Source of the DNA: Camelus ferus
Lineage: Eukaryota
NCBI RefSeq assembly: GCF_009834535.1
Contig: NC_045697.1
Span: 54,252,001-54,316,000, forward strand
Length of the DNA stretch: 64,000 nucleotides
Direction: 5' to 3'
The notes under the pieces were generated by a model. It searched no databases. It saw nothing but the letters and a program-made list of their open reading frames with translations, and was not told where the DNA came from. Shown here one piece after another: positions 38,200-51,199 of this stretch. Within the stretch, counting starts at the first letter, position 1. The number at the start of each line of letters is the position of its first letter. Made by a program: the position numbers and the translations under genes.

Positions 38200-39540
38200 A
38201 AACCCGAAAACCCTTGTCTTGATTGTAGGCATCTACCCAGTTAAGATGTTCAGAACAAACCAAATAGTACTGCTGGCTAGGCCCTCTGGGTTGGCAAGAC
38301 AAACCCACATTCAGAATAGTAGTCTATGCCTGTGAGGAAAAAATAGCTGGTCTTTCTAGGATGGAAGGGGTCCAATGTAGTCAACCTGCTTCCAGGTGGC
38401 CAGTCAGTCTCTTTGAGGAATAGTTCCATCCTGTGGGTTCAGTGTTTGTCCCTGTTGATGATGGGTTGGACATTCTGAGTTGGACTGGTGTTGACAAGAG
38501 GGAGTCTATGCTGTTGGGCCCACATAGGGCTTCCATCTGTCCCTCTGTGGCCATGCCATTCATGTGCCCATAATGCCAACACTTAGTGATACTGGTCTAG
38601 AGTGGCCAACTGTGCCAGCCTGCCTAGGATTGAGGAGGAGTCCAGAATGCTAAAGCCTGGACAGTCCCAAGCAAAACGGAACGAGCTGATCTCCTACTGG
38701 TCCCTCTCTCACCAGCACATTCCCAATGGCCTTGGTAAATGGTGTATTATCTGGATCGTCCTGTGCTTTCTGATGGGCCTTGAGATAATCTATTCATTTA
38801 CTGTGCCCAATTCTCAGTTTTTTAACCCCTTGGCCTCTACTGTCTCCCAAAAAAAATTTGGAATTTTAACTTTGCTTAGCATGGGCCACTGCTTTTTCCA
38901 GACTTCTAGAAGCCATGCCAGCAGCAAGTTTAAACCATTTTTTAGGCATCTTGTCAGGCGTTATGTCCTATATACTAAGAGATTGCTTCCAAATCAAGAA
39001 TCCCTTCAATATATCCAGCCTTATATTCCAGTTCCCTTGATCAAGCACCCTTGGAATCTACTCAAGCACAAAGTATTCCCACAGTCCCTACCAGTATTTG
39101 CTGCTAAATTTTTGTAGCCCCTTTGGTATGCAGATTTTTTCCTCTCTCTTCAGGCCTGACACATTCCCAGATGGCTCTATTGTGACTTGGTAATAGGCCT
39201 GGCAGCCAGGAGAGAAGATGCATGCAGCTCCTGGAGAGGAAAGCTATTGTCTTGTGGGGAAGAGGCCTCTGCAGTGTCCCTGCAGAATGCTAGCTCTCAA
39301 AGGAGAAAGGATCCACTTCTGCAGACTCAGAGGCCCAAAAGAAATCTGCAGAGTCAAAATCTTCAGGGACATCTGGCCAGATAACTACATCCTACATATC
39401 AGGACCTAAGTTTTACCAACCAGGGCTCTAACTTTGGAATAACAGATCTGTCTCTGTTGGATATTCAATCATTGTTGGACTTCAGCCACTCTATCCAATT
39501 CTGTGCTTGGTATTCAGCTTTTCCTGCTCATCCACTGCAT
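38200..39540 (-). mobile_element. ERV-L internal relic (integrase region at about 38200-38590; probable gag region at about 38900-39540)
   Basis: The - strand matches the recalled ERV-L integrase segment (HG.G.DG...WAQQH.LPL...QVDYIGPLPS) in degenerate form. The gag assignment is weaker. Confidence 0.7.
38599..38695. mobile_element. MER94-like hAT-Blackjack MITE nested in the ERV-L relic
   Basis: agagtggccaactgtgcc...gtcccaagcaaaacggaacgagctgatctcct with 8-bp TSDs ACTGGTCT / ACTGGTCC. Confidence 0.7.
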
Positions 39541-39559
39541 GAAATGAGGGCAAGCTGAG

Positions 39560-40100
39560 GGAACAGACCTGGAGGAGTCAGAGTGGGCAGTATGTTAAAG
39601 TAACTAAAGGAAATTCAGTGGATAGAGTATAGAGTGTGAGAAGCAGGACAGGAAAGGAAAGTGAAAGGGTAGGCAAGGTCTACATGCCGCAGAGATCTGC
39701 CACCCACGTTAAGGAGAGTGAACTCTATCTTAAACACAAGAGGAGCTGCTGAAAAAATTTTAAAAGGACAGTGACATAACATGTGTAATGATCATTCTTG
39801 TAGCCATGAAGAATGGACTAGAGTGGAGAAGATTAGAGGCAGAAAAGCTAATCAAGACTGTAGCAGTAACTCAGCTGAAAAATTACAGTGGCCTGGAGTC
39901 ATGTGGTGGCAGTGGGTACAAGGACAAGGGGGAAAATGGGTTCAATAAATATTTATGCACATTAAGACATTGAGAAAAGAGATGGAGTCAAGGTTGACAC
40001 CCAGATTTCTAGTATGAGAACCAGGGTGAATGGGAGGTGACTTGTAGAGACTGAAAATAGTGGAGAAGCAGATTAGGAAGAAGGAGGACAAAGTCATGCA
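39560..40100 (-). mobile_element. L2 fragment
   Basis: atgatcattcttgtagcc...ggagtcaaggttgacacccagatttctag. Confidence 0.65.
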
Positions 40101-43100
40101 GACAAAGCACAAGTGAAAAGATTAGGCTCCCAAGGGAGGACGAAAACCTCTTCCACTATAATAGGAAGAATACAGGCAGATGTGTAAGATTTACAGATAC
40201 AGTAGCAAGTGAGGGAGAGTCCATCTGAAGATGTCTATCTTTTTCTCCAACAGTAAAACTGTAAATCATCTGTTGAAAGCAAAGGCAGGGAATAAGGGAT
40301 GGAAAATAAATATTTGGGGAAGAATAGAGAAGATCTGAAATGTTTTTTATAAACACTAACCAAGGAAATCTGGCTGAATTGCTGGGCAGGGCAGTTTTGA
40401 AGAGCCAGTTAAGACCAATAGGTATAAATCAATAATGAGATCAATTTTAAAATAGATACTACTTATAAGAGTTACATGTATTCATACTGTTCTTGCTATC
40501 AACTAAACAAAAAATCACTTAAAGCCTTTGGGGGATATATATTGGATAATTTTAATTTGAGTTTATCAATCAAAACTTTCAGCTGATGAGATGATTTATG
40601 TTGAATATCAATACATATATTTATTTGTCCTGATTGCTTCTCTGACTGTAGAGAAAAAATAAAATAGTCAAATTTGCATATGTATGTAGGAAAATGGAAA
40701 TTACCCCTTTAGGGAAGAAAACAGCTCTATGCAGCCCAAGGGAGACTCATGTGGAGAACTTAGGAGAGGAGTAAAGGATATATACTTCTTCCTTCAACAA
40801 GATAAAAAGTTATCTATGACCAAGAGGCTTCTTTGATCCCTTATAAGAAACTGATTAAAAAAATTAGTATGTGGATAGCACAAGAAAATAACAGACTGCC
40901 AATATGAAAGCCATCCCAAGTTGTAATAAGCTTTGGATTTCTTAAACTATGTTTGAACAAATGCTGTAGGGATAAGATTAGTTTGGAGAAGGCAAGGTCC
41001 CATGTTGAATCTAGGAAATGGGGTACTTTAGAAACACCTGGGGCCATTTTCAAATTGTATACTCTCTCCACTTGTCAGTAATCGTGACCCCTACACATGT
41101 ACACACACACACTGCCTTCAGAATCACTGCTGAAAGAACGACCACATTATATATTGTGGGCTACATTTGTTGGTTCATTTGATTTGATTTGAATGAATTT
41201 AATTTTCACTCCTCCATGAGAATGGTACTTTAACTTCATTTGTACATGTAAGAAAACTGAGGCTGACGCAGATAAACAACTTTTCTGAAACGTGAGAGGT
41301 AGTAAACAGAAGAACCAGGATTTAATTCTAGGTGTATTTTAACTCCAAAGAGTGTACTGTTTCTACTACAACGTGCCTTCTAAATAAACAAAAGCCTTTG
41401 AAACATAGTAGGACCTACTTATTTCCCACTGCCTACAAGTCATAATCCATAAAATTAAACTTGGCCACATTTACAAAATCCAATTATTACCCAACTTTTA
41501 AATTCACATTTACAATAAATGTAAACATTTATATTTAAACAACATTTTACAACTTTCAAATGTGGGCACAAAATCTTTCTTTTTCTATCTGTATAATAAT
41601 TCTGTGAGTGAGGTCATGACAAATTCATTACCAGCCACAGCCACATGACTGTGCTGCTCTGGACCTGATGACTAAACAAACCCCAAATTCAAAGAAAACA
41701 CTCTGGCCCACACCTTCTTGGATCATCTGCTCTTGGGTTGTTTTCTTCTGCTCATATTGTCATGGCATGTTTCATTGAGTGACTCATACTTCCTTCAAAG
41801 CTAGGTCTATTTTCAGACACTTGTGTATTCGGAGATACTCTCTTTACCAGGATCTCCCTCCTCAGCCTAGAAAGGCAAGAAATCCCAGCTCAATAGCTCA
41901 AGTACTGTATCCTCCATCAAAACAAATGATCTCTCTCATTAACCGTGTTCCTGTCAGTCCTCCCAGGTCAGACTGTCTCGGTTTTGTAAATGTACGGCTG
42001 GAGGAATAAAATCAAGTCTATGGCAGGGAAGAAGAGGATTCTGATATTTTTTGTATGTCCTTTTACATTGCTTACTCTTGTAATGGCTGCACTTCAAGAA
42101 TAGAAGGGTCAAGTCCTATCCTGCTACGCCCAGAGGATCTGGAGATTAAGAGTCAACGTTTTTTGAATTAGTCCCTGTTAAGAGCAATTCCTTTGCCTCA
42201 TAAACCATAATCGCATGCCCCACCTCTCTTTCTGTGTTGAGCTCACCACAGGAAACAGGAAGCTGCTTTCATACTGAGCGCAGTTTTTCCCATCCCACTC
42301 GCCTGACTCATTCCCAAGTTCTGTTGTGAATAGTAATAGGACACCAGGATCTGCATTAATATATTTAGTTACTGGAAGTGCCAACAATATGTGTTGACTA
42401 AGCACCTACTCATTAAAAAAGGCTTTGCTGATTGCTCCAGGAAATACAAAGATGGAGAAGAAAGAACGAATATAGTAAGGGGGAAAGTGCTGTAAACAAA
42501 AACTAGAAGACAATATACTTCACATCTTTAAAAAATTATTAAAACAAAAGTAAAATTTTAAAGTACATTAAATATTTAAATAACTTGCCCCAATAAACTA
42601 CTTTTCTTTTTTATTTATTTCAAGGGAAAATTCAGCAGTGGGGTGAAAAACAAAAACTACGTTCATGAAGGTGGTCAAAACACTTCACATTAGGAGATGG
42701 TTTCAGTATTTTATGATGAAGCTATTTGGTGTGATATGATTAACATTTTAAAATGTAGCCATTAAAATTCTTAATAATTGATGAATATGGGTACTAGATT
42801 TGCAAATTTTCTGTAAGTCTGAAATTACATCAAAAAAGTTATACTTTTATATAACTAATAGATACATACACAGCTACTAGAAATAATATATACAGCTAAT
42901 AGAAATAAAAATTAGTAACAGATATGCTTATGAAATAATATTAAGCATAAAAAGCACAATACAAAGGTTATACACAGATGTAACTCATGAAAAAGACTTG
43001 TACTCGTGAAAAGTACTTAAAGGTCAACATGTAAAATGAAAATGGTTTGTTTAGGTAACTATTCAAAAGTTTTAAAAATATTGTTTTATTCTTTTTACTA

Positions 43101-44149
43101 CTACAAAACAAAACAACATCAGAATATCAGGCATAAGACAAAGGATCTGATAAAAATATATAAAGAAAGGATATGGAGGAGCCCATGCATTCCTGTCCAT
43201 TATATGGTTTGCACAATATATTAAAAACTGTGTATGTAACTGAACACTTCTCAAGTTGCAGTCCTAGAGTAAATTCATTTGCCATTAGCTATCAGTGCTT
43301 TACAAGATAAAGTCATATAATTTTAGAGTTGAAAATGTTCTCTAAGACCACCTGATTCAGCTTCTCATTTTCTCAGGAATAAATGAGACTCATAGAGGAA
43401 TAAGTAATTTTTTTCCTTAGGCTGTTTTCACCAACTAATTGTTGGTTGGTGAAAACAGTAGAGCCTAGAATTCAAGTTGTCTAATTTTATTACACATTCC
43501 AGTTATTTAGCATTCATTATTTCTCACAAAGTAACCTCAACATAACCTTCCAAATTCATTTCCTATCCTTTCCCACACAATAAACAGGAATATCCTTTCT
43601 CACTTCCATGCTATTCTTCCTCTATGTTTTCTTGGGCTCTGCCCTGCCTGAAAACACTGCCCAACACTCTCCATCCTTACCGGAACCCCAAACATACTTG
43701 TACTACACTCTGCTGTCCACACATCTACTGGCAGTATTGAATTAGAATTATTTTCAAAAGACATACTCAGAAAAAGACTAAGTGAATTTTAGTTCCAACT
43801 GTTCTGCTTGCTTATCCCACACTTTGTACACCTACTCAATTACTTTTCTGAATCTATTTCATATGCCATGAGAAAAACAGGATTTTATCACAGAGAAGAG
43901 AGAATTCAAAGATAGTACTACCCATTAATTTCCATAATGTATGGAAAGTATTTATTTTATGATTGTCCTTGGCTTGGTGTGGCAAAGAATGAAGTACACA
44001 ACAAACAGAAAGATGGGCAAGAGTGTCACATCCTTTCTAAATTAAAGACAATGATGATACAGCCTGTGAAGTCGCAAACTTTCATAAAATACCTATCACC
44101 TGTTATTACGTTTAATCACAATTTACTAGTATAAATAAAATTCTTACTG

Positions 44150-44375
44150 AATTGTGAAGTTCCCTGTCTATTTCTGATTCCACTCCACAAGTCATACAAT
44201 TGGTTCAAGTTGATTCCTTCAGACTTGTTTAACAAGTTAGATTTTAATTATGTGGGATTTCCTCCTTTGTCTTCAGTTCCTTCATAGATCATACATGAGA
44301 GTCATTCATTTGAATGGAAACCTCAGAGCAATTGGATAGACAGAAAAAAGGACTTCTTCATTACTCAGGATTAAA
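44150..44375 (+). promoter_or_regulatory. TMPRSS11D: TMPRSS11D proximal promoter and 5'UTR (5'UTR from about 44312)
   Basis: gaatggaaacctcagagcaattggatagacagaaaaaaggacttcttcattactcaggattaaaATG closely resembles the recalled human HAT mRNA leader. Confidence 0.7.
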
Positions 44376-44383
44376 ATGTACAG
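44376..44383 (+). CDS. TMPRSS11D: TMPRSS11D (HAT) exon 1 coding part: M-Y-R(partial)
   Basis: aaaATGTACAG|gtaagt with a perfect donor. Joins exon 2 in frame across an 18.8-kb intron to give MYRPARV, the known HAT N-terminus. Confidence 0.88.
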
Positions 44384-47300
44384 GTAAGTCTTGTTTTTTT
44401 CTCCACAATTTTGAAAGTTTTACTATATCATAAAGCATGTGAAAAATGTACGGAAACGTAAGAAATTTTGGCTATGTCTCACAATCTTCTAGTTACTTTT
44501 CCCAAAACTTCATTAAAACTCTTAAATATTGTTTAGATAATATGTTTGATATTGTTTAAATACGGTGCTTGGCTGCTTAACTGAATTTTTTATGAAATTA
44601 ATAAACCTGAAGAGACAGCTTAGTGTTATGAAAACATGTCTTTAAATAAGGAATTGTTTTTGTTTTCTCGTGTTTAATTTTCAAAAAAGTGATGTGTGGA
44701 TTTTAAAATGTAGGCAGTAAAAAAAATTCCTCTGTTGTTTGAAAATTTTTTGAGGATTATGTATTTTTACTCCTGTCACAGTATCATTACTACATGTGCA
44801 GTGGATTCTAAAGTCCTCTTTAAGAAAGTAAAGACAGTATTTGTCTACCTTTTATACACTATGGTATTGTTATTTACAAGTAAGTTTTTGTTGATACTTA
44901 AGAAAAAAATAGTATCTACTTAGTTTCCTTTCTAGTTAATAACTGCTTATTTTCATACACTTTCACATAAAAAAGCAACAAATTGTAGCACAATCTAGAG
45001 TCAGATGGTACAATCTCAAAATTATATAATTTGATTTGTTTGTATCTGCATCTGAGTGTATTGTTCGTTTTGTCTTCTCATGAACACAGAAAAATATGAC
45101 ACTAATTAAGTCATTTTAAAAGGGAAATAAACAAAATATGGACAATCTGTTGGCCATGTTGTGTAGTTGAGTTTATTTTAAATCTCCTGAACTTTAGAAA
45201 ACTTGATCAAAATTAAAATCGTTTTAATAAAATATATGTACAATTATGTGTGTTTGAATATATATGAGTAAAAAATGGGTAGCAGTCTAAGTTTTCAAAA
45301 ATAAATAATAATTAACAATTAATAATATAAAAATAATAAAAATTATTTCACATTCAAACAAGGGATAGGTTTAATAACCTATTAAAATAGGTGAAAATCT
45401 ATAAAGTAATTTATATATTGTATCTTCTCATTTTATGTGAAAGTGAATCACAAAATTGTATTTAATCATTGACTAGCACTTTGTACAGTTACACATGTGA
45501 AAAAGTCTAATGAGAAATACAAAACAGTAATCATGTTTGCTGTATTAAAGTGGTAAGCTTATGAATTATATTTTTCCATCATTCCTAAACCTTCTGTAAC
45601 AATGTAGTATTGTTTTGGTAGTCACAATACAGTTAGAAATGTATTTTGCAGAAATATTTTTAATCTCACAAAGAAATTTCTCTGATTTTTTAAAAAAATT
45701 GATCCTCATAAACAGCTAGATGTCATTCAAAGGAAAATAGAGGAAAACATGGAAACATGCACATAATGAAAAAGAAGTACAATTTCAGAATGCCTGGAAT
45801 CAATCTAATTTCTAAACTGACCCATCCTTGTAGGAAATATGACGCTCAATCAGAACCAAACTTTCCAATTACAAAGAACTCTTCTTTGAAACTTTGGTTT
45901 CTACGGATCACACTTTGAAATATTTTGGCTCTTAAAAATAAGCTGTATCTATAAATAATCAGTTTTCCCTTTTTTATTAACCTGAAAATATATAATTCAC
46001 AATTGGTTTTGTTCATTGGTTAGTTGGTTGGTTTTTACTGAAATGAGATAATCAGAGTTACCATGCCAAATTGGTGAAATTTTGAAAATAACTTATGGAC
46101 TTTCATTCATCAATTTGAGGGCCCATGACTAGGAAATAATGCCTTCTTTCAATCTGAATAAAGAGCAGAATTTGTGTGGGAAGGGGAGAGCATATTTAAA
46201 TGGCTTGGGGAGTTAAAAAATAGACAAATTTTTATTTTGACAATCTTATTTCTAAAGCAGGACATCTGCCTGAGTTTAATATTGCACAGGATGAATTAAA
46301 ACATAGATTTCTTCTCTACTGGAATATTCCCAACAGCATCAAGACATACCATAATATCTCCAATCAAAAAAAAAAAAAAAAAAAAAACCTCACACTTCAC
46401 TATTTTCTAATTCTTCCATATGCTCTGAGGAAGCAGGTTATCCAAATTGTGGAGGGGAAGGAAAATTAAAGTAATATGTTTTTAGGTAGTTCTAGGTCAT
46501 TTTTAGGTAATTTTAGGTAAATCTCCAGGTAATTCTGTGATACTTTTGGTTGAGACTGGGTTCTTTTGGATGGTTTGATTACTTTTATATATAAATTAAA
46601 CTCTCAGACCTCTTTTAGTTTGTCCTCTCCTGAAGCTTGCAAAGTTGGTATGTTCCTTCCTTTACCTACCTGTTCATCCCTACGTGAAGAAGGAAATCCT
46701 ACCACCAAGGGACCCAGGAACCTGGCATTATGATATAATCATGATTCATTTCAAATCTTTTAAGTATTCCAAATTTTCTCAGGTCCTCTAGGAGAGTGTC
46801 TTGTCAACTGGATTACATAAAAAATATGAGGTAAGATTTGGAAAATAGGATGAAGATTAAAAGCTAGAATTCAGAATGTAGTCTAAGGAAAGATTTACTG
46901 TAAATGAGCATATCTCAGCTCAGGAACGGACATGCCTTAGCAGGACTCTTTCCATTGTAACAAATCTCATTTCCATTTTCTTCCTTTTTGTCCATGCTCA
47001 TGATATGATTAACTGACTGCAGAGACATGTGAAAGCCAGTCAAATGCCATGAAATAAAAAGCCAAAACTGTCAGAAATACATTCCAAATTCTACCTGTTA
47101 TTTCTATTCTGTCTAATGAATTGTGATTTTAACTTTCAGAAACCATGCTTAAAATTATAAATCATCAGGCAAAGGATATATTTCTTAATGGAAATTAGTC
47201 AAGTGGACCAGCTTTACAGTTAAGAGTCCAAAATGGCACATTTAAGGTATAAGGTATTATCCATAAAAACCTTAGGCCACATGCTAAAACAGCTGCCCAT

Positions 47301-47989
47301 TTGGTCAGAATGTTTTTCTAATGTTGGTAAAGGATGGGGAGTGGTGATGGCATTATAATACTGGTGACTGCTATCAGTCACCTAGAATCATATATTTTCT
47401 AACAAATCTCCTATATCCACTGCCAATTTGCCCTCCAAAAGATACTCAAGCTACTTCCTCAGAAACTGTTACTCATCTGGCTCATGTCAGTCCAGCCCCC
47501 AAGATGGCTTTGGTTGATACCCCTAAAATAAGTCATAAGAACAAGAATTAATGTCTATTTTTAAGGGAACCTAAAGATACCTAATCCATTTCCTTAAAAG
47601 CTGTTGCTCCAACTTGAAGGATAGCATTCCCTTGAGCAAAGAAAACTTGCCATAATGTCAGTTTTTCAGAGTATTAAGTCCAAATCTGGCATATGTGCAT
47701 GATATGTAAAAGTAAAGCACCATCCTAAGCCTGAAATCACTCACTGGGTGACTAAGATCATTGAAAAATAAAACTGACTTTGTGAAAGTTTACACTAATG
47801 AATAACTCAGCAGAAAAAAATGGCAGATTCTTTAGAATATTTATGATATCCATGTGTCAGGAGTATGAACAAGTGTATCAATGGTTAATAAAAGGATATG
47901 TGAGTTCAAGTTTCAAGTTAGTGGATAAAAAGATCTACTGAACATTTTTCTAACACTGATAATTTTTTATTCTGAGTTAAATACATTAA

Positions 47990-48419
47990 AACATACAGTT
48001 TCCTTCTCTGCTGGAATATTCCCATTAGTATAAAGAGATACCAAGCTATCTCCAGTTTAAAAAAATTCCTCCCTTGACCCATATCCCTTCTCTAGCTATT
48101 GCCTCATTTCTCATTTCCTCCTCTTAACAGCAAAACTCTTGTAAAGGTTTGTTTAGACCCACTGCCTCTATTCTTATTTTCTTCTTCCATTCACTTTTTT
48201 ACTTTTTAAAATTTTTATTGTTAAATATATCACACATAAAGACTAACTGTAAAAATGGACCTCTAGGTACTCAACTTTATTAAGAAAAATAATATCATCA
48301 GTACTTTAGAAAACTCTGTGGACTCTTCCTCAATTACATCCTATCCACTAACTGCCCTCCCCTCACTTTGGCCCTGTAACTGTTATCTGGCATGTATCTA
48401 AATTTCTTTATGGTTTCAC

Positions 48420-48468
<49 letters not shown>

Positions 48469-50760
48469 TCCCTAAAGAACATATTGTTTAGTTCTACATA
48501 TATTTTAAATTCATTTTATGGGATCAAAATTATGCTTTATAAGTGTATAGTAATAACTCATTCATGTTCACAGCTATGTGATATTCCATTCTAAGAGTCT
48601 AATATAACTTACATAACCACTCTTTGGGGATTTTACCATTAAAAATGACACAGCTTTGAACATTCTTAAATGGGTCAAATGGTACAAACAACCAAGAGTT
48701 TCTCTTAGGTGTGTTCCTGCAAATGAATCTTCTGGACCATAGGGTGTATGCATGTTTATCTTTAACTTTTCCTCTTATCCCATTACAAGCAGATTCTCAT
48801 CTTCACAGTCTCAAATAGCTCTTGTCTAGCTCTCCAGTGATCATCCAAATGTAAAATCCAATGGTCAGATCTCAGAGCTCATTTTACTTAACAGCTTCAC
48901 AGCAGATCATTTCCTCCTTGAAATACAGTCTTAAAGCTTCCAAAACATTATTCTCCCTTGATTTTTCTCTTATCCTACTGGTCAAACTTTCTGAGTTTAT
49001 ATGCTGTATCTTTCTCATTTTCCTATTGCCCAAATTGTAAGTAATATGAAATACAATTTCTTTTCTTCTAGCTCTACTTATCCAGTTACATGTTTTCCAA
49101 AACTGTTTCAGCTGATGATTCCCAAAGGCAGGTAGTGATCCCTCAAGTCCACAGTCATTCACTGGGAAACCCAAAATGCTCATGCTTGAAAATAACTTAT
49201 AAATCAATATGGCAAATAAGCCATTTTGAATCTTACATACCCAAACACTTTATTTATACCTCTTTTGTGATAATTATTGTATTATTTCTTATGCTTTATT
49301 TAATTCATTTATGTTATTCATCCAATGAAAAAAATCCACTTTTTGAGTGCCTAATTTTTGTGAGTTGTTGTTTTCAGTGCTAGACATACAGAAATGGAAC
49401 AGAAAGGCCTAGACTCTGTTTTCATGTCATTTATTGGGAAGGCAGGCACTAAAAAAATTAAACAAGTAAGTATCTATTTAATTCTACTTGTGACAAGCAC
49501 TATGAAAAGAAGTTTAGGGACTCTGATTAATTAAGATGAATGGAAGCAACTGTCATTGAACACATTTATTCTATGGAAATCTTAGCAGAGCAAAAGGTAG
49601 TTTTTACTGAAAATCACAATCTTCCTTGCCAGGAGCAACCATATCAATGATTAAAATGAAAATATGTGATTTCACTTTGATTTGTTTAATAAGATGATAC
49701 AAAAATAAGTATTATAGTAAACTATCTAGGAGTTTATGGAAGGCTTCTCTGAGGAAGTATTATTTAAGCAAAAATTAAATGCAGGCAGGAAACTGATCAT
49801 ACCAGTCTCTGAAAGCCATATTAAAGAGCTGGGATTATATTCTAAGCGAAATGAAAAACAAAGATTTGACAAAGGCAGAGACATTATTATATTAGAATTT
49901 TAAAAAGATCATTCTGACTCTCTCTAGAGAATGATCACTGTGGAGAGGGGGAGATACCCATCGATGAAGGGAGACCAGCTTGAGGCTAGTTCCGTATTTC
50001 AGAAATGGAATGAATATGGCTCCAACAAAAGTGCTGGGAGTTGTGACAAAACTTGTGACATATCTAAGAAGTAAAAAGGATGCAACTTGACACTCAATTG
50101 GATGTGAGGGATGAGAGAGAAATCAATCATGATTTTCAGGGTTTCCACATGAATAACTTGGTGGATGTAGGTATCATTTACTAAAAAAGAAAATGTCAAA
50201 AAAAAAAAAAGTCTATCTGATGGGGCAGAGAGAGGTTGTCAGTGTTAGAAGGGAGAAGACAATTCTGCTTTGGAAATGTTGCGTTCTAAACATCAAGTGG
50301 GGATATGTGAAAGATGCAGTTGAACATTTCAGTCTCAAAATCATATATAGATCAGCATTTCTCACAGTGTAATATCTGGTTTATTTCTATCTGGATCCCC
50401 TAGGGCACTTGTTAAAAATGCAAATTTTTGAGCAGCAAGACCAGATCTACTGAACAGTCTGAGTGTTGGATGCAGGAATTTTCATTTTTATAAACTTTTC
50501 AATCGATTTTTACACACAGAAAAGCTTGAGAACTGTTAGCTTAGATGGTAATTAAAGTTGATTAAATGAAATCAACTAGAGAGAAAAGTGAACACCCAAG
50601 ACAGAGCATGTAGCAGCAGACTCTTAAGGTTGAATAGAAGAGAAGCAACCAGCAAAGGGCATCAGAAGGATAAAAAGATGTGTCAAATCATGAAAAACAA
50701 CAGAAAGAGACTATTTCAATAAAGAGGAATAGTCAAGGGTGTGAAATGCTGCTAATAGGT
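47990..50760. mobile_element. Composite block of L2 fragments with a nested L1ME piece (about 48205-48770) and a MER5 element (about 50350-50535)
   Basis: L2 motifs ctcccttgaccc...cagcaaaactctt, aaatccaatggtcag, ggaaggcttctctgaggaagt; MER5 motif cttgttaaaaatgcaaatt. Confidence 0.6.
48423..48468 (+). repeat. (AC)19 microsatellite followed by (AT)4
   Basis: Read directly from the sequence. Confidence 0.95.
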
Positions 50761-51199
50761 TTCACCTTATCCTCCTTCAGAAACTCATGAATGCCTTAAA
50801 GCAGGATAATTCTTTGGCCATTTTTTAAAAATGTCCCCAGTGCCCAGCAAAATAGTGTAAAGAGAACTCAATTATCTATTGATTTTTCCACCATTCATTT
50901 AATAAACAGTGTTAATAGAGTGTCCACCACGTCCCGAGTTGCAAAAAAAATTAGTAAGACCTCAAAAAAAGATCACAGATGAAAAATCAAGAGATACCTC
51001 TGTACCACTACTTAATCTCTCTTTAGATCAGTTTATTCATCTGCATAATGGGTAAGATGGAGTGGATATTCCTGAAGTTCCCTTCCAGAGGTAACATTCT
51101 GTGATTCTGCAGAATTGTTATTGCTCTTACAAAAGGCCATTACAAAAGAATGGTATTAGCAGCTAGAGCTGGGTTCTACCTAAAAGAGGAATGTAGAAT

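Noticed and set aside
38602..39117. 171-aa + strand ORF, the longest in the track
   Set aside because: Starts at GTG inside a MER94-like MITE and runs antisense through ERV-L relic DNA. It has no recognisable domain or splice context.
31000..44300. An additional TMPRSS11 paralogue or pseudogene between 11A and 11D
   Set aside because: I saw no protease motifs (WPWQ, TAAHC, GDSGG) by eye. A tBLASTn search would be needed to exclude highly decayed exons.
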